Program-made: the position numbers and the translations under genes
Part shown: positions 47,963-59,830 of the stretch, in pieces
Position numbering within the stretch: position 1 is the first letter of the stretch
Layout: each line of letters begins with the position of its first letter
Notes under the pieces: model-generated
Database searches by the model: none
Seen by the model: the letters and a program-made list of their open reading frames with translations, nothing else
Told to the model about the DNA's origin: nothing
NCBI GenBank assembly: GCA_043228905.1
Contig: JBHGNT010000012.1
Coordinates: 10,168,001-10,232,000 of the forward strand
Direction: 5' to 3'
Length of the DNA stretch: 64,000 bases
Origin: Azolla caroliniana
Lineage: Eukaryota; Plantae; Polypodiophyta

Positions 47963-50689
47963 GATACGTTGTGTCTGTCTGTGTATATTCGCGTCTCTAT
48001 TGGTGTCGAGTGCTTCCCCTTTCCTGCGTTTCCTGTACATAAAGGCGTGAGTAGGGTCGGCATGTGTGGGTGTGTGCGTGTGTGTGCGTGAGTCGGTGTT
48101 AAGCGCGTGCTCCCTCTCTTTCTCTCTCTCTCTTCGGTAGCTTCCGGTGTTCTTTTGGGATCCCTGGAAACGGTGAAGCGCGACTTCCTACGCTCCGTCA
48201 CTCCCTAGTCCAAGACCCCCGTGGTCCCGCCTTTCTCCACGCACGCGCGTAACAACGCGACAACATTCGTGGGCCAGGGCTTTGTCCGACGAACCCCACG
48301 GTATCCTTCTATTCGTATTGGTTCGGGTTTTTGCATCTCTTCTTCGTCTTCGTCTTCGGATTCTATAAACGTGTTTGTATTTGTGGTCGACGGTCTTGGT
48401 TTCTCTGTTGTTGGCGCTTCAAGTCCTAGGGTCTGATCTCGCCTTTCGGATTCAAGGTTATCTAGCTGGACAGCTGTGTCGACATCATGTTTGTCGAATT
48501 CTTGCATAATTTGACTAACTTCCTCTCGGTGACACACTGCTATCTCATACAAGTCTTTAGCAATATCCTCTTGAACGGTTGATATTGCTTCTTCCATCAT
48601 TTTGAAGAAACCTTGGCTTACGCCTTCCTATTGTCTCTGTGAACCTGTAACAACTGAAGTTCGGCTGCTTGTGCCGACCAGGTTTTCCAGCCCTTATCGA
48701 TGGACTCATTCACCATTTTCAAGGTGTTAAGTTTATGGCATCTTAGGATATCTCAAATTCTTTCCTCGGTTATACTTGCCTGAAACTGTGCTGCTGCCAA
48801 TGTTCTTCGTAAATCATCAATTTGAACATTATTTTCTGCTTCTGTCTGCAACAGCTTGTTTTGCGCGAGTAATAGGTCAAGTCGCCTTTTTTCCGACACA
48901 ACTTCCACTTCTGAACACCGTCTTTCCAGAGTTGCCCTAGCTGCTTCCCATTCTTCCTGCTGTTTATTATATTTTTCGTTGATTTATTCAGCAAGGTGTC
49001 CTTTTTAACCATATCTTCTGCAAAATATTGTGTTTTACATTTACGTACTCTTCAAGCTCCTCCACTTGCTCAGCGTTTTGGCACATGGCTTCTTGTTGCT
49101 GTGCTAACTTTCGGTGCAACTGTTGAATTAATTCGTCCTTTGCATCGAGCCATTTTCCGATTTCCGTCTTTGCTAGTTGTATCCTATCCTCCAGTTTCTT
49201 GGATCGGATTTTGGCTTTTTCGGCTCTGGCTTCCGCGACCTTGAATGCTGCTTCTACCTGTTGTAGCTTTTGTTGCCATTCTTGATCAGCCTCTAAAGGT
49301 CTGCTGGATTCCTTCTACAACAATTCTTCCCTTGTTTTCTACAGTTGTTCTTCAGCTTGTCGGAGTTGTTCTGTCAACTGCAGGTTTTAGGCTTTCATGT
49401 TTGTACATTGTGTGTTTCATACTTCCAACGCCGCTGATGATTTTTTGTATAAATCACCCATATCTTTGGCTGCTCGACTGGCCTTTTCAGATTCTCGATG
49501 TACTTCCACCAGGGCCTCATGTAATGGTGGCATCTGGATAGCCTTGCCTTTATTTCTCGCACTACGCTGTCGGCCGATTCGATCCAATTCGTGTTGTTCT
49601 TCCGGGTCGACAACTCCACTCAATGACTTTTGGATCATTATCTAATCCTGGTGTTCCTGTGCCATTCTTTCCGATACCTCCTGTATTCTTCGTGCTAACC
49701 ATTCTACTAGCTCGTACGATGTGCCAAATTGTACAATAACTGCCAGTTGATGTGTTGCTGGAGGAATGTCGGCAAAGCCTACTGCTTCTCACATTGTTGT
49801 TATTGACAATTGCCCTTTTTGAACTTTGGTCGTGTCATTAGGATTGACACGAGCTATTTGTTCACTCTGTGCGGCTTGATCGTCGATTCTTTGTTTCTTT
49901 TGTGCAGATTCCTCCTGTTGAGGCTGAAAAAATCGTTGGGATTTTTGTTTCATCCTTCTTGGTCGTTGTGTTGACTGCTCAACTCCAACAATTGTTGATT
50001 TTTGTTGTGCTTTTGACTGCAGTGTGTAGTATTCCTAGGGTCCGATTGTTGTCCAGATTCTGACTACGTGGTCGGTTGTTTTTGAGGTTGTGGTGAGGCC
50101 GGTTGCTGTTCAGGTTCTGATTGAGTGGTGTCGACATGCGTCAAGTCTTCTTCCTGCCACTCTTCTCGTTGCACTTGTCTACGGGGTCAGGGTGCTTGTG
50201 GTCGTGGCGGCCTTTGTTCTGGCGGTTGGCTTTCCGATCTCTGAGACAGAAACAATACGGACAACCACCGAGCAAATATTGGTTTCATGGGTTTCCCTTG
50301 CTGCACCCCATACAGTTGCTCTCGGAGAGCGTCTGCTGGCAGCAACCCCCAATCAAAAATTTCACCCTCATATGTGGCGATTATGAATCTAGCCCGCTTC
50401 TTGGGCATACAATAAAACCTGGGACTGACAAACCCTACTTCCAACAAAAAATTTGCAACTTCATGAAAAAATTCATCTACGCCGCCTTGCGTTTGAAAAG
50501 CCTTCGCAGAGGGAGAATATTCCCCAAAATACGACCTGAGCACATCCTTGTCCATTTTCTGGACAACATCGAAACCTTCTCTTTTTAATTCCAAAACAGA
50601 ACGTACCTGGCATGTAGCTTGTCCCACAATGAGAACGTTGTCATCTCTTTCGCCATGCTGAAGTAGACGTTTTCGGCTAGGTGCATTCA

Positions 50690-51202
50690 GATGGTGGATT
50701 GTGCTATTTTGTCCACTGATCTCCACTCTTCTGCTGTCATTGAAGCAAGCTTTTCGTTGTGCCGAATGGCTTCAACTTGTCTTCGGATGATCAACACATC
50801 ATGCATTATCTCCTTCCATAGGGCAAAATTTTTTCCATCGAACTTTCTGATTTCAACTCCTATTCCGGATGTTGAAGCCATATTCCTTTTATGAGAGTAA
50901 GATTTCTAACCTGGCCTTTTCCTCTCAGCTTTTTCTGTTGTCTGTTGCCGCCATGCAGCAAGGTCGCTCTGATACCAGTTGTGGATGTATGTATGTATAT
51001 ATATATATATGTATATGTATGCGGAAAGCGTTTGCGAACCTGTTCGCTTTTGATGTCGAACTTTCTGATTTCAACTCCTGTTCTGGATGTTGAAACCATA
51101 TTCCTTTTATGAGAGTAAGATTTCTAACCTGACCTTTTCGTCTTAGCTTCTTCTGTTGTCTGTTGCCGCCGTGCCGCAAGGTCGCTCTGATACCAGTTGT
51201 GG

Positions 51203-51246
<44 letters not shown>

Positions 51247-51504
51247 ACGTATGTGGAAAGCGTTTGCGGACCTGTTCGCTTATGCACAGAAAACAACACA
51301 CACAGAAAATATAGTGAATCGAGACTTAGACAGTAGATCGAGCTTTAATGGAAAGCTTCTCATTACTTCATTCTGTCTTAGAGCTACAATACTCTTCTTG
51401 TCATCACTCATTACAATGTTAGGTATTCGCTTATATATTAAGCCCTAACTTATTAACGAGTTCACACTCGGACGGATACAATTTGGATGCCTTTTATGCC
51501 AACA
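50690..51504 (-). mobile_element. 5' end of a copia element with duplicated U5-PBS-leader-gag start
   Basis: LTR about 51198-51504. PBS iMet at 51184-51195 and again at 50966-50977. Gag start IRKFDGKNFALWK. Confidence 0.8.
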
Positions 51505-51756
51505 CATCCTAGAGTAAACATTTATCTTTCACTTTTGGAAGCACCTCTAAGTAGGCCTCATAATCTCCTGCAAACTCATTTCGTCTTATCATCCAAAAAC
51601 CGACGGACAAACAGAGCGCACAAATCAAATGCTCGAGCAATATCTTCGTTGTTTCATCAATTATCAAGAAGATGATTGGAGTAATATTTTACATCTTGTT
51701 GAGTTTGCATACAATAAGACGGTACACTCTTCTACCAAGGTTACACCTTTCTTTGC

Positions 51757-54700
51757 AATTGTCCTCGTCTTGCAAGTGGCTGGACCGACCTGCCTCTCTT
51801 TAGTAATGACTCTTTTTGCTGTTGCCGCTGTCGTCTGTTGCTGCCACCGTTTGCGGTCGTTGTTGTTGTTGTTGCTACCGCTGCCATTGTCGTGTGTAGT
51901 CGTTGGTGTTGTCGTTGCCGCCACCGTTGTGTGTAGTCGTTGGTGATGTCGTAATTGTCCGTCCCCGCTATCACCTACGCTTCTGACGACGTACTCGGTT
52001 GAAACATACATGTCCTTCTACACTCGAACCTAGCGCGCAAGGCATCGATGCTCGGCTAAGTTTTTTCTGTCCTCTTTGTCTTTTCTTTCTTTTATCTTTT
52101 GATTTACAACATGACTTCCAGACGAAACTGTAAGGAAACACACGAAGAAATTAAAGTAAGGAAGAATTTTTAGATGTCCTTAACCGTTTAGTTAAACTAG
52201 AAAAATGGGCGAAAGAGATTGAAGCTGAATAACAAAAAGATAAGGAAGAAAAAGAAGTGTTTGTTGCTGAAATAACGAAACTTAAAGTAGACAACACGAA
52301 CCTTCAGAAACAAGTTAAAGATCTTGAGACATCTAGGGAAGATAGTGAAATATCTTCCCGAGAGGATATTAAGGACGAGATCAAAAAGGTTAAGGAAGAG
52401 GTTAAAAGCGATATGGAATTAGCAAAAACTGGGTGAGTTGATGTAGTAAAACGTAATATTAAAAAGGAACTAAAGGATGAAAATATTGTAAACACTACCC
52501 TTGAGGAGGAAAAAATGTGTCAAGCTCGACGCCTAAATGTACGAGTTACTGGGCTCAAGGAAGGGGCATCTCCTGACGAAGATGCAAGCCCTACCAATCA
52601 CTAAAACTTGGAGGGTAGGAAGTGACACCACTAGGAAAAGAGCTTTGGTCCTTCAGTTTAAGGACTCAAAATCTAGAATCGCATTTTTTCAAAAGAGACC
52701 AATTCTTCGAGGATTGGGCGGGGACCCTATCTACCTCGATGAAGACTTGACCAAGATGCAAATTGAGCATCGTAAAACTTGTATACCGTGAGTCATACAA
52801 GCTCGTAAAGAGGGGCATGGTGCTTTTTACTGAGACGGACGTGTGATAATAAATGATCGCGCTGCCAATTGACGGTGTGTGGCCCATGTGACAGACAATA
52901 AACTTAGGATGACTTTATGGAATTGTAACGGTGCACTTTGGACACACCCTGATCTTCTAGAGGAGATTTTGAAGGTATCTGACATACTTTTTTTAGTAGA
53001 AATACATCAAAGCCCAAATCGAAGACTGCCACGAGTTGACGGTTTTCGTTGGGAATTTGTCTTTAGACAAACCTCACGTCGACATACTACTAGAGGGTTT
53101 GGAGGGGCTGCGATACTATTTCGGAGAGAGATACATAATAGGATAGAAATACTAAAGAAAGACCCATAAGCCCATTTATGTGGGTGAAAGTCCTCACTAG
53201 CAAGGAACAAGCGATATTTATCGCCATGTGTTACTCCCCCCCGAAAGGATCTAGGTATAATATGGCTGGAGAGGCGAGTATAGTTGATGAAGGAACACCG
53301 CATGGGCCTTCTCCATACGAACCTTTATCGGATGACATAATCCGATATTCTTCTCAAGGGGAATTCTTCCTTGTAGGAGATTTCAATGCGACAACCCAAT
53401 CCTGAGAATGCACAATATTTCAGATGGATAGAAACCTCGAAATGGTGAATGTAGACCCTTTAGACTTACACATAACGTGTACATCAAAGGATCAAGGTGC
53501 GGACACCACAAGCTTTGGCCATCATCTGCTTGAACTTGGAAGTTGACACCAAATGATCATATATAATGGCTTAACCAAGTGGCCGGGCTCGGAAGCGCTC
53601 ACATGTTTCCCACATGGAGGAGGGGAAAGCACAATTGATTACCTAATAGGACGCCCTAAAGCTACCCACATGGTTAACTCCTTCCGGGTGGCCCCATGCC
53701 CCATTGGTGTAGACCATAGCTTCCTATACTTTGAGCTAAAATGTGACACCTCCCATGCCACCAACTCTAGTCAACCAAACCATCACACCATAATACATTT
53801 CACGCATGAGCTCGTTGACATCTACTCTCGACATGTTCAAGCCCATCTCTCCTCTTTTGATTCTTCCTTGCCTTTAGAGAACCTCACTTCAGAACTCGCA
53901 CACACCCTTCACTCGGCAAAAATTAGTAGCTTCCCATACACGAAACACTCCAATCATAGTAGAATAGGGTCAATGCCACAGAACAAGTGGTATGACGAGG
54001 ATTGTAGAGAGTTGTATAGACAACTTAAAGTGTCACGACTTACTGGTACAATTTCCTTAGTACAGGCTCGAAAAGAGATGCACAAGATGACACATCGTAA
54101 AAGACGAGCTTGGGAAGCATCCCAATATTGGGAACTCTACCATATGCTCATGAGTAGGGATTGCGCCCTTGCATGGAAGAGACTACGGGAACCGCGGCCA
54201 CAAACACCCTTTGAGGATCCCAATATTTGGCACACATATATCGAGAGACTCTACCATGTCCCGAACCAACCACCCATCCCAATGCCTTCCACATCCCGAC
54301 CTAACATGGGGACACTTTACACGACATCTAGGGTCACAAAGTTCATAAAAAAATTACAACATAGGAAATCCATGGACCACATAGGATTGCGAGCCGAGCA
54401 CATCATATATGCTCGAGAGTGCCTAGCCCCCTTTCTCACTCTAATCTTCAACTGCGCCCTGGGTTTTCCACCACAATGGACCATGAACATAGTGGCCCCA
54501 ATACATAAAGGAGGGGACCCAATGGACCCAAATACATATAGGACCATTATGATAGGCCATACGCTCACTAAACTATATGGTGCGGTAATGGAAGCAGAGC
54601 TTAGCGATTATATGGAAACATTAAGTCTTCGAGCACCTGAGCAGGCTGGCTTTAGACGAGCCTTCTCCACTATTGACCATATCTTCACACTTAGGTGCTT

Positions 54701-57017
54701 AATTAACCAGACGAAGGCTCGTAAGAAGAAACTATATTGTTGCTTTGTGGCTTTAGACGAGCCTTCTCCACTATTGACCATATCTTCACACTTAGGTGCT
54801 TAATTAACCAGACGAAGGCTCGTAAGAAGAAACTATATTGTTGCTTTGCCTTTGACACAGTTCCTAGGGAGAAGTTGTTTGATAGAGCTTGGAGATACCA
54901 AATGACATGATCTAGGCCATTTATGCCCTACATGAGCAAGTCTCTGTTGGCCTATCCGATTGTTTCACTACCACCATTGGTGTAAAATAGGGTTGCCCCC
55001 TATCACCGACTCTTTTTGGGATCTACATTGATGAGATCATTGATTTTATTGCTCGTAAGGGAGGCAAGGGAGTAGCTATTGGGGATATGCAAGTTAGTCT
55101 CTTACTCTACACAGACGACATTGTCTTGCTCTCGAAGTCAGAACATGACCTAAAAAAGCATCTTAATGCCCTAGATGACTTTTGTACACAACAAGGACTG
55201 GTAGTGAATCTTTCATACATCGTCTCAAGTTAGGAGTAAATGTCACCTAACCCTCTCTCATAAACTAGTTGAGGTAGTTGGATCATATGTATACTTGGGA
55301 GTCACTTTTCGTGCTCGCTGAGGTAAATTCTCGATGACCCAGGCAACCAAAGATAGGCTAACGAGAGGGTATGCATCCCTCTCATTCTTAGAGAGACAAT
55401 GTCACTAGGCATACTTTCAAGAGCCACGGACTAAGGGATGGATCTTCGACTCATTAGTGACCCCTTCCCTCATGTATGCATCAGTAGTATGGGCTCCAGG
55501 TCTACCATCTTTCATGTCCACGCAATTAGAGAGACCTTGGTGACGATGTTATCACATCAACTCCGAAGCAAATCAACAATACCACATGACATTATTAGAG
55601 TAGAGTTCAGTCTGCCCCTGATGTTAGTAGAAGCACTATTTCAAGTGGTAGTTTTTATTCATCGGATGCATAGCCAACCACAAGATAGGATATCCCATCG
55701 AGCCTTTGAGGCATCTCGATCCCTACATGCGTCTGGAGACACTAGCTCTTGGTATAACAGTGTGGTGAGTTGGTTACTTGCAAACGACATTGACATTAAT
55801 AACCTACCCCCCCTTAAGTACAACCATGGGACTGACAAAACTCTAATATCTCATGAAGACCGTGCTAAAGTGATAACGCCAAGAATTATGGCAAATTTAC
55901 ACTCGATATAAATGGATCACCCCACGAGAGCCACTCCCATCTAAAATGTTGTACTATAAGGAACACTTCTTGCACTTCTATCAGTTAGGTTTTATTACAC
56001 GACCAAGATATCTAGATACATTCTTATCAAATGCACTAAGGGTTTCCATTGGACAACTTAGGACATCGTCTCACCAACTTGAGATTGAGAATGATTGGGC
56101 TAATAGAGTCCCTAGGGAGGAACGACTATGTAGGTTGTGCCACATAGAGATAGAGGATGAGTATCACTTCACATGCAAGTGCCCAACTTATGCCGAGATA
56201 TGAGTGGAATACCAAGACATATTAGGACCCTCTCCCACCTTGTCCAAACTATTAGATACCCCGGAGAGTCCCTAGGGAGGAAAGGCTATGTAGGTTGTGC
56301 CACATAGAGATGGAGGATGAGTATCACTTCACATGCAAGTGCCCAACTTATGCCGAGATACGAGTGGAATACCAAGACATATTAGGACCCTCTCCCACCC
56401 TCTCTAAACTATTAGATACCCCGGATATAAAGAGACTAGGTAGGTATATATTAGAGCTAAAACAACATAGGGAGAATAAATTACAAAGTGTTAACCATAA
56501 CCCTTTTACTATTCATCAACTTGTAACTAGTGTAATTTTTCAGGAACAAGGGGAGACGATGAATGTGGATACACTTACGCCGCTCGGCCTCTCTCTTGAG
56601 GAAGCCGAAATGCAAAGAACAACCAAACGGCCTCAGATGTTGGGCTTCAAAACAAGTCGACACAGAGTAGAAAGGATTAAGAAGATAAGGGAACGTGAGC
56701 TACTTCGACTAGAAGCTATGGTTGGGGTACCTTTTACATTGGGGCCACAGGCCACATCCACATCGAAACCCTTTGAACTCCCGCTCCTCTTCGAGAGACT
56801 TGGATGGAAATGAAATTAGGCTTAGTATAACATCATTTTCATTGTAGAACATGTTTGTTATTTTATTTTACTAGAATTATTTAGCTTAAAACTCTATTTT
56901 TATTTTTATTTTTTACTTTCGATGAATGGGTAAATATCCCATTTTTTGTTGTAAACCATTTGTCTCATGGCACAATTTTGGCCTTAGAAGACGTTAATAT
57001 ATCTTTCTTTTCTTTGC
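51757..57017 (+). mobile_element. Decayed full-length RTEX-like LINE (LINE-b), same family as LINE-a
   Basis: ORF1 remnant 52111-52872, ORF2 remnant 52879-56813 ending FERLGWK, matching 3' UTR and CTTT tail. TSD TTTCTTTGC (51748-51756 and 57009-57017). Confidence 0.93.
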
Positions 57018-57757
57018 CTACACCGGCAACCATCCTCGATGGTGTATCCTAGATCTTCCCAAGGTCACACGAAACCCTAGTGTTGAGCATTACCTTCACC
57101 GACTACAACGAATCTAGTTAAGGTTGGTGACCAAGTATGGTTGCTTCGTCGTCACATCAAGACTACCCAACCATGTGCGAAGCTTGATTATCAACGCTTA
57201 GGTCCTTTTCTTATCATAACACGGATTAATGATGCAACCTTTCGTCTTATTAATCTTCCAGCACACATGCAACTTCACCCAGTCTTTCATAGCTCTCTTT
57301 GAGAACCTTGTCGCACCTCTTCCATTCCTAATCGTGTCGTGCCACCTCCACCTTTTGTCCAACTTGTTGACGGCCCCGAATACGTGGTAGCTGCTATTCT
57401 CGATTCTAACATTGTGCGCAATAAGCTCTATTATCTACTTGATTGGGTAGGCTATCCTCCGAGTGATCGCACTTGGGAACCCTTCAATAATGTTTCTGAT
57501 GCTCAAGCTCTTGTCGACGACTTCCATCGCCGCTATCCAAACAAACCGGGCTCTCCATTGTTAACACCGACTTCCACTTGTCGTTCTCGAAGGGGAGATA
57601 ATTTCATGAATACATAAACATCATGGCTTCACCTAGTCTTGAACCCAAGACCTTGTTTGTAATACATAATCAAGAACCCAACCATTCACATAGCCTATGG
57701 CCATATAAGATAATAAAAGCTACTTTTTATAATATACTGATTATTGTGAATACTCCG

Positions 57758-57836
57758 GAACATTCTAGAACATTCTAGAATATCCTAGAACATCTTAGAA
57801 TATTCTAGGTGTAGAACATTCTAGAACATTATAGAA
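57758..57836. promoter_or_regulatory. Array of heat-shock-element-like nGAAn inverted pentamers in the chromovirus LTR
   Basis: GAAcaTTCtaGAAcaTTCtaGAA followed by further degenerate 10-bp units. Confidence 0.65.
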
Positions 57837-59329
57837 ATCTATAGGCTATTCTATAGGAACCTATTAATATAGACATACAATTCTTCTCAAACCAATTCGA
57901 ATCAACACCGGTCTTAAGCTCTCATTGCTTATCTTGTATCCATTCTTTTTCTATCTTAATACACCCATTCTTCTCTTATCATTTCGTTCCATTTGTCTTG
58001 TGTTCTCTTATCCTTCTTCCATCACTTTATCTTTTATTCTTGTTTCTGGCAACTGTTGTCGATTCATAGTTGGGACCCTACGATGCAAATCCTCCACATT
58101 AATTTTGATAATTTAAATACATACATGCCAATTAAAATTTGAATTCAATTTACTAAAAGTTTTTAACCCTGCTTCATGAAATATCATAGGTAATCACGAT
58201 ATTAACTACATTAAGTGTTACTACGTCACAAGCATGCCCACAATATTAAAGTAAAATGAAGCCCTCTTTATGTATACCTATGTATATTGTGATTAAGCAT
58301 TAAAATTCTAAAAATTCGAAAAATTAAATTTTCTCATGCTTAAATAGGATCTTACATTCTATAAAAACATTAAACTTGCTCATGCTTAGGTAGGAACTTA
58401 TAGGAGTTAATTGGGATTATGTTGAAATAAATAATAATAAATCAATAAATAATTATAAATAATTATAAATATTAAAGAGTATGGCCCCTCATCAAAGAGA
58501 CACCTAAAGAGACATTGTGTCTTATTGGAAAGACACCGTCGGCAACTACTTGTTGCATTGTTGTACATTTCGTTTGAATTGAATGGAATCAACACACTCC
58601 TATACTCCTACATGGTACTAGACTAAGGAATAAATAAACAATCACCACTAAAAGTCTTGCACCATCCTTGTCTAGCACTACCATGACAACCATTCGCAAT
58701 CATGACCCAACAATCATCCTCAATATCTATTGCAATCCCAAATTTCAGAAATAGAAAAGCAAACATCAACATACACATATTGAGCACTAAAATGGTAATT
58801 TTATTCCGACAAACAAAACAATGGAGTGTAGTACAAGTGTAAAGAAATGGAGAGTGTAGGTAATTTTCTGTAGCAGAAGAAAACTCTATGTGTGTGTGTG
58901 TGTGTGTGTGCGTAAGACAAAGAGAGAGCTTAGACAGATAGAGAATAAGAAGCTATATTAGAAAATATGAAATACATTCAACAGTAACTTAGTTACAAAA
59001 GGGTTGGTTGAAATACCAACTAACTTAGGGCAACTACCCTTTCTACTATTTACAAAACTAGCCTGAACCTAGAGTGTGTGTTGCTAGTGTGAAAGCCATT
59101 GCATTGGGGAAGCTAGGTTTGATTCTCAACTTCCGGTCACAAGAAAGTTGTCTTGTTGTTTGGTTCATTTCGGCTTTTTGAATTCCTTGGCTTTGTGTCC
59201 GTATGGTTGGTGGGATCGACTCCAACAGTTCTCCTTCGATCGACTACTTGGTGCTCCTTGTTTGGCTTCGTGCTTCAACTCCCCTTGATTGGCTTCAATA
59301 GACTGATCGGCGGCTACATTGTACTCATG

Positions 59330-59570
59330 CTCCATGATATTGTTCCGTTGTCGAGGGAGAAGATCCATTGGAAGAAAGGCATTATTCACATCCATTTGAT
59401 GGAGATGCCAACCTCTGCTAGCTATGAGTGCAACGACTTTCTAAACAATCGTTATCTTTTCCACCGGGGCAAAGGTCTCCTCGTAGTTGACTCTATAGAT
59501 TTCAGCATATCCTTTTGACTCATGTTGAGCTTGTCTCTCAACACTACCCCTCAAGCTCAACTTGACGTTC
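59330..59570 (-). pseudogene. Rearranged copia RT and PPT fragments
   Basis: YEETFAPV..GWHLHQMDVNNAFL and a CTTGAGGGGTAG-TGTTG PPT/LTR-type junction on the minus strand. Confidence 0.6.
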
Positions 59571-59830
59571 TTCGTCACCTCCAGCTGGTTCACCACTCCA
59601 GCATCTCCTGGTTGCTTGCCTTCTTGCCCGCGCTCCTCGACCTGCTTAGTCAGCTTGTTAGCTTTTAAGGCCCTTGGTCTTCTTACCTCTACAACTTCGA
59701 CGCCCGTCGATCCGTTCGCTCTCTTGATTTCACATGGTCTTCGAGTGCCTTCACGTTCTTTGGCCTTTACATGCTTCGGGTCGTCTGAATTAGTCCTCTC
59801 AATTGAATCGGTTGTCGGCCGGCTAACACA

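Larger units (their letters stand above)
35296..48262 (+). mobile_element. Non-autonomous Ty3/gypsy-type element D with tRNA-Trp PBS (gag only)
   Basis: LTRs 35296-36039 and 39613-48262 (split by copia C). PBS 36044-36060. PPT-like AAGGTGGGGGCGGA before 39613. Decayed gag at 36077-37378 (FNGDKVPSYLEAYNAEM). Flanks ACGT/ACAT. Confidence 0.88.
34811..50690 (-). mobile_element. Remnant of a retroelement 3' region (element I): LTR-like 34811-about 35150 and decayed accessory ORFs at 35170-35295 and 48263-50690; host of element D
   Basis: The reading frame ...KPWPTNV at 48263 continues as PSVTRISGEV... from about 35291 once element D is removed. ORF pieces 48205-48600, 49417-49638 and 50187-50726. 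No pol domain seen. Confidence 0.5.
51505..58067 (+). mobile_element. 3' part of a chromovirus (Ty3/gypsy, Tcn1-like): integrase, chromodomain, PPT and LTR; split by LINE-b
   Basis: HPKTDGQTER..LEQYLR..EFAYN..TPFFA|YTGNHP, GPF motif, chromodomain EYVVAAILD..YLLDWVGY..TWEP (57339-57617), PPT GAAGGGGAGA at 57589-57598. The LTR end is approximate. Confidence 0.85.
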
